Source: an uncultured Gammaproteobacteria bacterium | GTDB taxonomy: Bacteria > Patescibacteriota > Patescibacteriia > Patescibacteriales > Patescibacteriaceae | Assembly (NCBI GenBank): GCA_964487795.1 | Contig: CAZASI010000002.1 | Coordinates: forward strand, 180,349 to 244,348 | DNA: 64,000 nt | Direction: 5' to 3' | In this document: piece by piece, positions 9,178-16,985 of the stretch | Position numbering within the stretch: position 1 is the stretch's first letter | Layout of the letters: the number at the start of each line of letters is the position of its first letter | The notes under the pieces: model-generated | The model's database searches: none | What the model was told of the DNA's origin: nothing | The model's input: the letters and a program-made list of their open reading frames with translations, nothing else | Position numbers and translations under genes: made by a program

Positions 9178-9828
9178 TTAGGCTGTGTTTTTCTTTTGAT
9201 CTTCTCTGTATAAGGTACATAATCCTGCTACTCCGCACCATAATGCTAATTTATAGACTCCAAGTGAGTCTGTATTATGAAAAGCAATTTGATGCCATAT
9301 TTGATGAGGTTTACGGTTATCACGCTCATAAGTCGAGTCTTGATGGTAAAATTCATTTACACTGTGCGGTCCTATATCAACTCCGTTGTTCAAATAGGCT
9401 ATAAAGTAGCCTTGAGAGATCATCTGGAATTGGTATCCCCTATCAAATTTCAATTTTTTATCATGTTGAATTTTATTTAACGCTTCAAATAAAACTCGTG
9501 ATAATTGATGGTCAATCCTGCTCGGTTGATTTTTTAAGAATTGACTGAGCTTCTCATTAAACATATTAGCACCACAAAGAAGGAGTTGGTCCTTTGGAGA
9601 TTTGTCAAAATCCCAGAATATTGAATTAATGACGCGTAATATATCAGAAACAGGGTAATTACGCGGATTAATAATTAAACGTAAGCACTCCCCCTCTACT
9701 TTACTTGGAAAAATTGAGAAGATTTTATGATGATAATCTTCAAAATATTTTTTATTTACAAGAAAAATTATTTCTTTTCTTTTAAAATCCCAAAGAAAGT
9801 CATACGCTATATCCAATTTAGGTTCCAT
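9178..9828 (-). CDS. Hypothetical protein (216 aa), orphan
   Basis: ATG at 9828 is preceded by GGGGGAGAG and overlaps the stop of the upstream ORF (ATGGAACCTAA), which suggests translational coupling. No motif recognised. Confidence 0.6.
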   Translation of the reverse strand: MEPKLDIAYDFLWDFKRKEIIFLVNKKYFEDYHHKIFSIFPSKVEGECLRLIINPRNYPVSDILRVINSIFWDFDKSPKDQLLLCGANMFNEKLSQFLKNQPSRIDHQLSRVLFEALNKIQHDKKLKFDRGYQFQMISQGYFIAYLNNGVDIGPHSVNEFYHQDSTYERDNRKPHQIWHQIAFHNTDSLGVYKLALWCGVAGLCTLYREDQKKNTA

Positions 9829-10147
9829 TGCTCTCCCCCGGTTTCCATTTATTATATGTTTCGCCGTTATCAAATGATATGAGAAATTTACATTCTTTGC
9901 CGAATTCCCCCTTATTAAGAGTTATTCCTAAAAGCTCTGGAATTTCAATTACTGGCAATTCACGTCCTTCAAACATTATATGGTGAAGCTGTGAATTAAA
10001 GGGGCCAAAGTTCCCATTGTCTAGTTGAAAAGAGATTTCACTATTTAAGGGAGTTGAAAATGGATATACAAAATACCGTGGTTTTCTTGATGCTTGTTTT
10101 TTGGTTACCTCAAGAATTTCTTCTTCTGGTTCATCTGTTAATTTCAT
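9818..10147 (-). CDS. Hypothetical protein (109 aa), orphan
   Basis: ATG lies 10 nt after AAGGAG (10163-10158). Has its own promoter upstream. Confidence 0.6.
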   Translation of the reverse strand: MKLTDEPEEEILEVTKKQASRKPRYFVYPFSTPLNSEISFQLDNGNFGPFNSQLHHIMFEGRELPVIEIPELLGITLNKGEFGKECKFLISFDNGETYNKWKPGESNGT

Positions 10148-10188
10148 TGTAAAAGTACTCCTTACTTCTTTAGTTATTAATTGAGCAT

Positions 10189-10217
10189 AATATAACGTAT
10201 CGAGCAGTATGTGTCAA
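10189..10217 (-). promoter_or_regulatory. Sigma-70-like promoter of the 9818-10147 / 9178-9828 operon
   Basis: Minus strand: TTGACA (10217-10212), 17 nt, TATATT (10194-10189). Its extended -35 TTGACACAT is identical to that of the sRNA promoter. Confidence 0.5.
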
Positions 10218-10218
10218 T

Positions 10219-11085
10219 TTAGGCCGCCATTGGGTAGTTATAAGTTTCTAATTGATTTATAGACTCTAGGTTCTTTAAATATTCAGGGTTATCAGAATGA
10301 GTTCGTAGTTCATCAACTTGCGAAACTAGTTGCTCAATAATACGATTAAAGATTAGGGACTCCCCTTCTGTTTTATTAGTTAAGTCTGAGCAATCAATAG
10401 AATTAATTGCATTGTCTAAGTCAGCTACAGAAAACCGTAAAAATAATTTTGGTACGTTAGTTAGTTGTTTTTTAATAATTTTGCCATTATCCATTCCAAA
10501 GCCATACTTAATTTTTTGACCCCCTCTTTCAGCCATTTTTATCGCCCATTGCTTTTTTTCTTCGAGCGCTGTATCTCGTTCATCATTATTGTATATATCT
10601 TCATGTAGATCATCAAAAGCGCAAATCACCGCGCCGGTTTTTTTATTAACAATAATGTTATCAACACCGCGATAGTCATCATAGGTACTTGCTCGGGCAA
10701 TAATATAATCGTCACCAATAAATTTAGACATAATATATGTTGATATCATTTCAGCTAATTCACTCTTACTTTGAGATCGTTTATCTTTAAATTCTGCCCG
10801 CATTGCATCACTAACCTCTTCTTCGCTTTGCAAAGAATATTTATTCATAATCCAAAGTCCTTCTTTATGACGAATCCATTCCTTGTCTTTTAATAAATCA
10901 TCTTTATTGGCATTGTGTCCCTTCATGCTTACACAGCAGTCGTCAGACAAGAGCTTAGTGCCAAGTTCTTGATTTGTTTTTTGGGAAACTCTCTGCAACG
11001 CGACACTTAACTCTTTTTTAAAGCGTTCAGTTTTCTGAGTAATTGATTCATTTTTGCTAAAACTTATATTCTCTTTCATAGGCAC
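10219..11085 (-). CDS. Hypothetical protein (286-288 aa), orphan; probably leaderless, starting at ATG 11079
   Basis: Long ORF with no recognisable motif. The -10 box TATACT ends 6 nt before ATG 11079. GTG 11085 is the alternative start. Confidence 0.65.
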   Translation of the reverse strand: MPMKENISFSKNESITQKTERFKKELSVALQRVSQKTNQELGTKLLSDDCCVSMKGHNANKDDLLKDKEWIRHKEGLWIMNKYSLQSEEEVSDAMRAEFKDKRSQSKSELAEMISTYIMSKFIGDDYIIARASTYDDYRGVDNIIVNKKTGAVICAFDDLHEDIYNNDERDTALEEKKQWAIKMAERGGQKIKYGFGMDNGKIIKKQLTNVPKLFLRFSVADLDNAINSIDCSDLTNKTEGESLIFNRIIEQLVSQVDELRTHSDNPEYLKNLESINQLETYNYPMAA

Positions 11086-11115
11086 AGTATAGCAACAAAA
11101 AATGCCTATTTACAA
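11086..11115 (-). promoter_or_regulatory. Candidate promoter for 10219-11085
   Basis: Minus strand: TTGTAA (11115-11110), 18 nt, TATACT (11091-11086). Back-to-back with the plus-strand promoter at 11118. Confidence 0.4.
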
Positions 11116-11117
11116 GT

Positions 11118-11146
11118 TTGACTTTTGATTTTTATCATAGTATTAT
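11118..11146 (+). promoter_or_regulatory. Sigma-70-like promoter for the acidic micro-ORF / dedA leader
   Basis: TTGACT (11118-11123), 17 nt, TATTAT (11141-11146). Confidence 0.5.
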
Positions 11147-11212
11147 TTGGATACGGCCATAGGCCCGCCGCAAAAAGCATCGCTTTTGACGGCCTATTAA
11201 TAAGCATATGCT

Positions 11213-11362
11213 ATGTTGGACGAACTCAACGTCAACAGTCTTATGAGCCTTGAGGGCGACGAAGACATGGACGAAGAGGAAGAAAACGGCGACGACTCCT
11301 TGGAAGAAGATGAAGAAGGAGAAGACGACGGCGAAGAGAGTGGCGATGAGGCCGCTGTCTAA
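11213..11362 (+). CDS. Hyper-acidic 49-aa micro-ORF (25 D/E, no K/R/H); coding status uncertain
   Basis: Translation: MLDELNVNSLMSLEGDEDMDEEEENGDDSLEEDEEGEDDGEESGDEAAV. Lies between a promoter and a hairpin. No SD. GC-rich codons (GAC, GGC) are atypical for the window. Confidence 0.3.
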   Translation: MLDELNVNSLMSLEGDEDMDEEEENGDDSLEEDEEGEDDGEESGDEAAV

Positions 11363-11385
11363 GCACATTTTTCCCGACACTACTA

Positions 11386-11409
11386 ATAGCGGCCTTTCGG
11401 GGCCGCTAT
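11386..11409 (+). terminator. GC-rich hairpin (possible attenuator or weak terminator) 17 nt upstream of dedA
   Basis: ATAGCGGCC-tttcgg-GGCCGCTAT. The downstream U-run is interrupted (uacauuauuuuc). Confidence 0.4.
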
Positions 11410-11425
11410 TACATTATTTTCTATT

Positions 11426-12052
11426 ATGATTGACCCAATTAGTATTGTTCAAGCCGCAGGATATACCGGGCTCACCGCAATTATTTTCGCGGAATCAGGA
11501 CTCCTCATAGGATTTTTTCTGCCTGGCGACAGTGTTTTGTTTGCGGCAGGGTTTCTCGCTTCACAAGGCGTATTAAATATTTATATCCTCTTACCGCTAT
11601 TATTTTTAGCGGCTGTGATTGGTGACAACGTTGGTTATACTTTTGGTTTTCGTCTCGGACCAAAAATTTTTAAACGAGAAGACTCTTTATTTTTTCAAAA
11701 AGAAAATTTAGTTAAAGCGCAAGCATTTTTTGAGCGTCATGGAGGTAAAACTATAATCATCGCTCGTTTTATTCCTGTGGTGCGCACCTTTGCACCAATT
11801 CTTGCTGGAGTGGGTAAAATGAAATATAAAACCTTTCTTATTTATAATCTAGTCGGAGCGGTACTGTGGGCTGTCGGCTTATTACTGCTTGGCTTTTTTC
11901 TCGGCTCTTGGATTCCAGGAATTGACAGATACTTACTGCCCATTATTCTTTTAATTGTTATTGTTTCTGTAGCACCAAATATTATTCATATCTTACGAAA
12001 TCGTGAGAGCCGTGAAAAAGTATTAAAATTATTATTCAGAAAAAGAAGCTAA
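11426..12052 (+). CDS. DedA family (VTT domain) membrane protein
   Basis: ESGLLIGFFLPGDSVLFAAG...GDNVGYTFG...HGGKTIIIARFIPVVRTFAPILAG are typical DedA motifs. Confidence 0.85.
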   Translation: MIDPISIVQAAGYTGLTAIIFAESGLLIGFFLPGDSVLFAAGFLASQGVLNIYILLPLLFLAAVIGDNVGYTFGFRLGPKIFKREDSLFFQKENLVKAQAFFERHGGKTIIIARFIPVVRTFAPILAGVGKMKYKTFLIYNLVGAVLWAVGLLLLGFFLGSWIPGIDRYLLPIILLIVIVSVAPNIIHILRNRESREKVLKLLFRKRS

Positions 12053-12916
12053 GCAAGTATTATAGTTTTGCGCTTCAGTATTATACAATTCAATATTTTT
12101 TTTAAGCAATTGTACGAGAGTGTTATATTGTTCAACTCGCACATTGTATTCATTGACCATTTGATTATACTCCTCTCCCCTCTTTGGCTCATAACGATCT
12201 ATAGCTTGTGCGCGACTCGACAAGTCCGCTTCTTTTACGTTTAGTGAAGCTTTACTCGTTTCAATTTCAGCACCCAAGGTCGCATTTATCTCGGGACAAG
12301 CTGTTTCTGATGTTCCAAATTCTTGCACGGCCAACCACGTCATCTTACCTTGGAAATTTCCTTGGCGTGCCGCTACGCCAATCTCGCGATAACCTTCACG
12401 TAGAATATTTTCGCGGTGCCCCGGGCTGTCCATCCATCCCTTAACAAGAGCAGCATCGCTTCCAAAGTTTCCTAAAGCAAGATTTTCTCCAACAATAACA
12501 TAGCGATAACCGGCATCATCAGCTAAATCAGCTGGTCCTCTTCCGTCGGGAGATTCATGTTCAAAATATTGCTTGTCAAACATATCATCAAGTTTTGCTT
12601 CGGCGGCTTTGTTTAATAGACTTGATTCACTCAAGGCTACCGCATTATGCGCAAGTCTTTCCTTATTAGTGAGGCTTATAATGCCTTTAAGCGTCAATTC
12701 TCCCTTAGAGTCACCAGTATCAATTTTAAGCGGTGTAGAGGTGAATACTTGGTCTTTTAAGGCGATAGCGTCACGGCGTAGCGATCCAATCCCGGGATCA
12801 TTTTGAATCAAAGTTCGACCCTGATCGGTCAAACCCATGATATCACTGCGAAATAAGCCGAATGTAACGGCCATAGCAGCTGTAATTAAAAGCGCAACTA
12901 ACAATTTAAAACGCAT
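12032..12916 (-). CDS. CAP/SCP (YkwD-like) domain secreted protein with C-terminal coiled region
   Basis: N-terminal signal anchor. CAP motifs FEHESPDG...GENLA...GWMDSPGHRENIL. Confidence 0.75.
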   Translation of the reverse strand: MRFKLLVALLITAAMAVTFGLFRSDIMGLTDQGRTLIQNDPGIGSLRRDAIALKDQVFTSTPLKIDTGDSKGELTLKGIISLTNKERLAHNAVALSESSLLNKAAEAKLDDMFDKQYFEHESPDGRGPADLADDAGYRYVIVGENLALGNFGSDAALVKGWMDSPGHRENILREGYREIGVAARQGNFQGKMTWLAVQEFGTSETACPEINATLGAEIETSKASLNVKEADLSSRAQAIDRYEPKRGEEYNQMVNEYNVRVEQYNTLVQLLKKNIELYNTEAQNYNTCLASFSE

Positions 12917-12965
12917 AGTGGTAAAATATAGCTAATTGTATCACGTATTACTATTAAACGACCAT

Positions 12966-13448
12966 ATGAACAATAAACGACTTTTATATATCTTAATCAT
13001 TCTTGTGGTAGTCGGTGTAGGACTTTTGGCTTATTATCGTTGGCAACCTGCTGCTACTGAGTATAACGCGGTGTCGGAAAACAATGTTACGGAAAATAAC
13101 ACGGTCATAGAAGAAGTTAAGCAAAACTCCAATATCACTCTTAATTCACCGAAGGCCAATGACAGTCTTGGACAAAACTTTAAGGTCACGGGAGAAGCTA
13201 GAGGAACTTGGTATTTTGAAGCATCATTTCCAGTTGTGTTACTTGACGTGAATCGTAATGAATTAACTACGGTCATAGCAACGGCTGAAGGAGAATGGAT
13301 GACTGAAAACTTTGTCCCCTTCTCTGCTATGATAGATTTAAAAACAAAGTATTTAGGTAAAGCATTCTTAGTATTAAAGAAAGACAATCCTTCGGGTGAA
13401 GCGAAGTATGATGATCAAATAGAAATTCCAATAACAATTACGAATTAA
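12966..13448 (+). CDS. Gmad2-like immunoglobulin-fold secreted protein
   Basis: N-terminal TM segment. FKVTGEARGTWYFEASFPVVLLD...EWMTENFVPFSA resembles the Gmad2 domain. Confidence 0.6.
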   Translation: MNNKRLLYILIILVVVGVGLLAYYRWQPAATEYNAVSENNVTENNTVIEEVKQNSNITLNSPKANDSLGQNFKVTGEARGTWYFEASFPVVLLDVNRNELTTVIATAEGEWMTENFVPFSAMIDLKTKYLGKAFLVLKKDNPSGEAKYDDQIEIPITITN

Positions 13449-13477
13449 AAAAGCGGGCCTACGGGTCCGCTTTCTTT
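13447..13477. terminator. Bidirectional intrinsic terminator
   Basis: A6-GCGGGCC-tacg-GGGTCCGC-TTTCTTT, between convergent genes. Confidence 0.7.
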
Positions 13478-13490
13478 ATAGAAGGAAAAT

Positions 13491-14003
13491 TCACAGGTAA
13501 CAATAAGTAAACTCAGTGCCGTTATATGCAAGCTCCACCCTTTTACCACTTTGTAATGCAATGCTTCTTTGGGTGTTCTTTTCAATGGCAAATAAACCTT
13601 CGCTAAGTTTTCTTCTTGAATCATTAGCGATTAATATGTTTATGAGTTTTTTGTCTTGTGTGTCAATAATTTTGTCTTCTTCTAAACTAAGTTTAACCAA
13701 TCCAAACTGGCAGCCTTGATTTTGCTCTGCGGGATTAATTAGTTTTGGGCTGCAATTGTGCGGCGGAAATGGTTTAAAATTGAGTGTATATACAGCGATC
13801 TTGAGCTTTTTTTCTAATAAGGTTTTAGTAGGTTGAATTCGTACATATTTTGATTCACCAACGAATTTTAATGGGATGCTTACTGCTCCCACGGGAATTC
13901 GTGTGCCGATATTATCTAATGGAATACCAGGTTCGGCTGTACATTTTCCATTGATAAAAATATGCAAGGTTGTTCCTTTAATTTGAACCTCAGACATTGT
14001 CAA
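13491..14003 (-). CDS. Hypothetical protein (170 aa)
   Basis: TTG start 7 nt after GAAGGAGA. No motif recognised. Confidence 0.55.
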   Translation of the reverse strand: MTMSEVQIKGTTLHIFINGKCTAEPGIPLDNIGTRIPVGAVSIPLKFVGESKYVRIQPTKTLLEKKLKIAVYTLNFKPFPPHNCSPKLINPAEQNQGCQFGLVKLSLEEDKIIDTQDKKLINILIANDSRRKLSEGLFAIEKNTQRSIALQSGKRVELAYNGTEFTYCYL

Positions 14004-14039
14004 TAACGTTTCTCCTTCTATTTATTAAATTTAATGAAC

Positions 14040-14067
14040 AAAAAAAATACTCGCTTGAGTATTTTTT
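14040..14067. terminator. Bidirectional intrinsic terminator
   Basis: A8-ATACTC-gctt-GAGTAT-T5. Confidence 0.7.
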
Positions 14068-14097
14068 ACAATACAACTTGAGTCTCAGCTTGTCAAG

Positions 14098-14238
14098 TTA
14101 ACTGATAGTGAAACCCATAAAATATACAGGTGAATTGAAAGCCAATATAATCTTGATAATCAGCAAAAATACGCCGATTGAGAGCAGCGAGTATAAGAAG
14201 ACACCAAATGCAAAAAGTAATTTAAAGGCTGTTTCCAT
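14098..14238 (-). CDS. Possible 46-aa hydrophobic micro-protein just downstream of the ftsQ-like gene
   Basis: The ATG lies 4 nt after the ftsQ-like stop. Translation: METAFKLLFAFGVFLYSLLSIGVFLLIIKIILAFNSPVYFMGFTIS. Ends before the terminator at 14040-14067. No SD. Confidence 0.3.
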   Translation of the reverse strand: METAFKLLFAFGVFLYSLLSIGVFLLIIKIILAFNSPVYFMGFTIS

Positions 14239-14242
14239 ATGC

Positions 14243-15112
14243 TTATTTATAGTATAGCTTATCTCCGAACCGTAAATCAATATAGCTGAGTTTTTCAAAG
14301 CGTGAACGCAGTTCGCTTTGCAATAAAGTATCAAGGCGCATTAGTTGAGGCTCTACCGCTTCACTAGTATTAAAGTATATCATCGGGCCCTTGTTGCTAG
14401 CAAGAATAAGCGTACGAGCTTCATTTGACACCGCCAGTTCTTTTACGCTAATCCAAGAAAAACGAGTCGAAAAATTACTAAATATTTGCGACGCTGTACT
14501 GATGACAGAGGGCTCAATATCAACTTTCTGACCATTGATTTTCGGCAATCCATTGTTTCGAATAATAGGCACTCCAAGCTCTTGAGCGCTGCCCGGATTG
14601 ATAATTTCAGCACCTGCATCAAGCAGATAATATTGTTCCGCTTCAAGCCATACGGCCGCTGCCTGCTTCTCTTGCAATTCAACTATTAAAGTTGACGGTA
14701 ATTTCTTTACTAGTGTGACATTTTGTATTGGGTAAGATTCGAGTACTTTTGCCTTAAAATCCTCCGAGCTAAAAACTAGTAGTCTATTCTGCTGGAGAAC
14801 AAAAATACGCTTTTCCTCAGTTTGAGCATAGATCATCGTTTCAATCTCGCTTGCGGAGCTAAGTTGTGATCCTCTGACTTCAACATATTTTACAGTAAAG
14901 ACTGAAGAAAAAAAGAGCAGCCAAACAAGTGCGACGCATACAAGAAGAATTGCAAAAATCCAAAACCAGCCGCGAGCCGGAATTTTTGCCAAAAGATTCT
15001 TTATTCCAAAAATTCCAATCTTATCACTGCGACGAGATGCAAAATAGGGATTACCGCGTCGTTTTATGTTTGTCGGGGCATTGTAGCTACGATGACGAAC
15101 TGGTAATGACAT
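14243..15112 (-). CDS. ftsQ: FtsQ/DivIB-like cell division protein (POTRA domain)
   Basis: Basic N-terminus, one TM segment, then VKYVEVRGSQ...(POTRA-like)...LRFGDKLYYK. ATG 15112 was chosen because longer starts overlap serS. Confidence 0.7.
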   Translation of the reverse strand: MSLPVRHRSYNAPTNIKRRGNPYFASRRSDKIGIFGIKNLLAKIPARGWFWIFAILLVCVALVWLLFFSSVFTVKYVEVRGSQLSSASEIETMIYAQTEEKRIFVLQQNRLLVFSSEDFKAKVLESYPIQNVTLVKKLPSTLIVELQEKQAAAVWLEAEQYYLLDAGAEIINPGSAQELGVPIIRNNGLPKINGQKVDIEPSVISTASQIFSNFSTRFSWISVKELAVSNEARTLILASNKGPMIYFNTSEAVEPQLMRLDTLLQSELRSRFEKLSYIDLRFGDKLYYK

Positions 15113-15122
15113 GAACGTGTGT

Positions 15123-16388
15123 TTAAGAACCAATTTTTTTAAACGGCAAATAAGGCCGCAAGGCTTTTGGAACTTCAATAGTTCCTTTTTTTGTCTGAAA
15201 ATTTTCAAGCAAAGCGATTAAGACCCTCACTCCCGGATGTGCCGTACCATTAAGGGTGTGGACAAGTTCTTTTTTACCATGCTCGTCAAAATATTTTATA
15301 TGCAGAGACCTTGATTGATAGTCGGTACAATTCGATACTGATGTAATTTCGGCCCAATCACCTTTTTGATTATGTTTATTTGGTTTGCCCGGTAACCACG
15401 CCTCAAGGTCAAAGGTGCGATACGCTGGTGTTCCCAAATCGGCAGTGCAATGATCAATAACTCGAAAAGGCAGTTGCAATCCTTTCATGATTTGTTTTTG
15501 AATACCGAGCAGTTCATGATGAATCTTTTCTGATTGCTCAGGTCTGCAATACACGAACATTTCAAGCTTTTCGAACTGATGAACTCTGAATATACCTTTT
15601 GAAAATTTTGATGCTGCGCCCGCTTCTGTTCTAAAACAATGTGACAAGGCTACGTATTTTTTTGGACCTTTGCTTAAATCAAGAACTTCATCCGCATGAA
15701 AGCCTCCTAAAGGAATTTCCGCCGTCCCAATTAAATTAAGATCCTCTCCCTCAATTCGATAAATTTGACTTGATTCGCCACGCGGATTAAAACCTAGGCC
15801 TTCGACGATTGAAGTTTTAGCAAGATCAGGAGTAATCATCGGCGTGTAACCATGCTTGGCTGCAATATCGAGAGCATAACGATTTAAAGCTTGGCTCAGA
15901 AAAACCAATTCATTTTTTAAAAAATAAAATTTTGCCCCGGCAATTTTGGTACCTCGGTCAAAATCAATTAGGTCGTGCATTTCAGCAAGCTCAACATGAT
16001 CTTTAGGTTCAAACTTAAAATTTGGAATTTTTCCAATCTGTTCAAAAACTGGATTATCATCTTCATTGGCACTCACTACTACTTCAGGATGACTTAAATT
16101 AGGTACTGCCAATAACAATTCTTTAATCGCTTCCTCAAGTACTCGCTGCTCTTCTTCAAGACCCGCAATTTCCTCTCCTACTTTTTTCATTGCAGCAATT
16201 TCTTCCGGTCCGGGCTTTGATTTTGAGCTCTTATTACGAGTGGCTCTTAATTCCTGTACTTGCGCTTCTTGCTTTCGCCATGTTTCATCCAACGACAAAA
16301 GACGGTCAATATCAACCTTGGCGAGTCTGTCGCGGGTGTTATTTGCTACGAGATCCTTGTTCTCTCGTATGAAGGCAATATCCAACAT
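15123..16388 (-). CDS. serS: Serine--tRNA ligase
   Basis: N-terminal coiled-coil arm. Class II motifs FRVHQFEKLEMF, GTAEIPL, TLNGTA. Length 421 aa. Confidence 0.95.
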   Translation of the reverse strand: MLDIAFIRENKDLVANNTRDRLAKVDIDRLLSLDETWRKQEAQVQELRATRNKSSKSKPGPEEIAAMKKVGEEIAGLEEEQRVLEEAIKELLLAVPNLSHPEVVVSANEDDNPVFEQIGKIPNFKFEPKDHVELAEMHDLIDFDRGTKIAGAKFYFLKNELVFLSQALNRYALDIAAKHGYTPMITPDLAKTSIVEGLGFNPRGESSQIYRIEGEDLNLIGTAEIPLGGFHADEVLDLSKGPKKYVALSHCFRTEAGAASKFSKGIFRVHQFEKLEMFVYCRPEQSEKIHHELLGIQKQIMKGLQLPFRVIDHCTADLGTPAYRTFDLEAWLPGKPNKHNQKGDWAEITSVSNCTDYQSRSLHIKYFDEHGKKELVHTLNGTAHPGVRVLIALLENFQTKKGTIEVPKALRPYLPFKKIGS

Positions 16389-16410
16389 AATGGTTTTAGT
16401 TTATAGGTCT

Positions 16411-16439
16411 ATTATAGCTATAATACAGCGTTTTGACAA
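16411..16439 (-). promoter_or_regulatory. Sigma-70-like promoter for serS
   Basis: Minus strand: TTGTCA (16439-16434), 17 nt, TATAAT (16416-16411). Confidence 0.5.
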
Positions 16440-16441
16440 TT

Positions 16442-16464
16442 AAAAAACCCGACCAAGAGGCCGG
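16442..16464 (-). terminator. Intrinsic terminator after greA
   Basis: Minus strand: CCGGCC-ucuu-GGUCGG hairpin (one mismatch) followed by U6. Confidence 0.6.
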
Positions 16465-16478
16465 ATTTTAATTGTACT

Positions 16479-16937
16479 TTAAGCTATCTTGAGAATTTTA
16501 TATTTGTTCTCACCCTTAGGAGTATGGACGATCACTGTATCACCTATTTTCTTATCAAGGAATGCAAGACCCAAGGGAGATTCATTTGAAACCTTACCGG
16601 TCATCGGATCAGCTTCATTAAAACTTACGATAATAAATTCTTTCTCTTGACCAGCGCAATCAACTGTAATTTTTGAACCCATGCCAATTTGTCCCCTGCC
16701 ATGTCCTTTCACTACTGTTAAATTTTTCAAAAGCGCAGTAATCTCCGCGACTCTGCCTTCGTTAAAGGCTTGCGCTTCTTTGGCGTCAGAATATTCGGCG
16801 TTTTCGCTTAAGTCGCCAAGCTCTTTGGCTTTCTCAATACGATCGGCAATTTCGCGCCGTTTTGTTGTTGTAAGCTGATGAAGTTCTTCTTCAAGCTTGT
16901 GAAAACCCTCTTCTGAAATAATCTGCTGTTCTCCCAT
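16479..16937 (-). CDS. greA: Transcription elongation factor GreA
   Basis: EEGFHKLEEEL...RREIADRIEKAKELGDLSENAEYSDAKEAQ...(C-terminal FKBP-like domain). Start taken at MGEQQ. Confidence 0.9.
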   Translation of the reverse strand: MGEQQIISEEGFHKLEEELHQLTTTKRREIADRIEKAKELGDLSENAEYSDAKEAQAFNEGRVAEITALLKNLTVVKGHGRGQIGMGSKITVDCAGQEKEFIIVSFNEADPMTGKVSNESPLGLAFLDKKIGDTVIVHTPKGENKYKILKIA

Positions 16938-16985
16938 AGAGTTTAATAAATAATAATACAAAGAACTATACAATAAAGAATCAAA

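Noticed and set aside
11135-11380. 81-aa hydrophobic minus-strand ORF opposite the acidic micro-ORF
   Set aside because: Its Phe/Val/Leu richness is the automatic complement of the GAA/GAC/GGC-rich plus strand. The promoter and hairpin signals are plus-oriented. It is not fully excluded, which is why the whole locus is reported as a finding.
14098-14334. 78-aa version of the ORF overlapping the ftsQ-like 3' end
   Set aside because: Its upstream two-fifths overlaps ftsQ in another frame. Only the 46-aa internal-ATG version (14098-14238) is plausible, and it is listed at low confidence.
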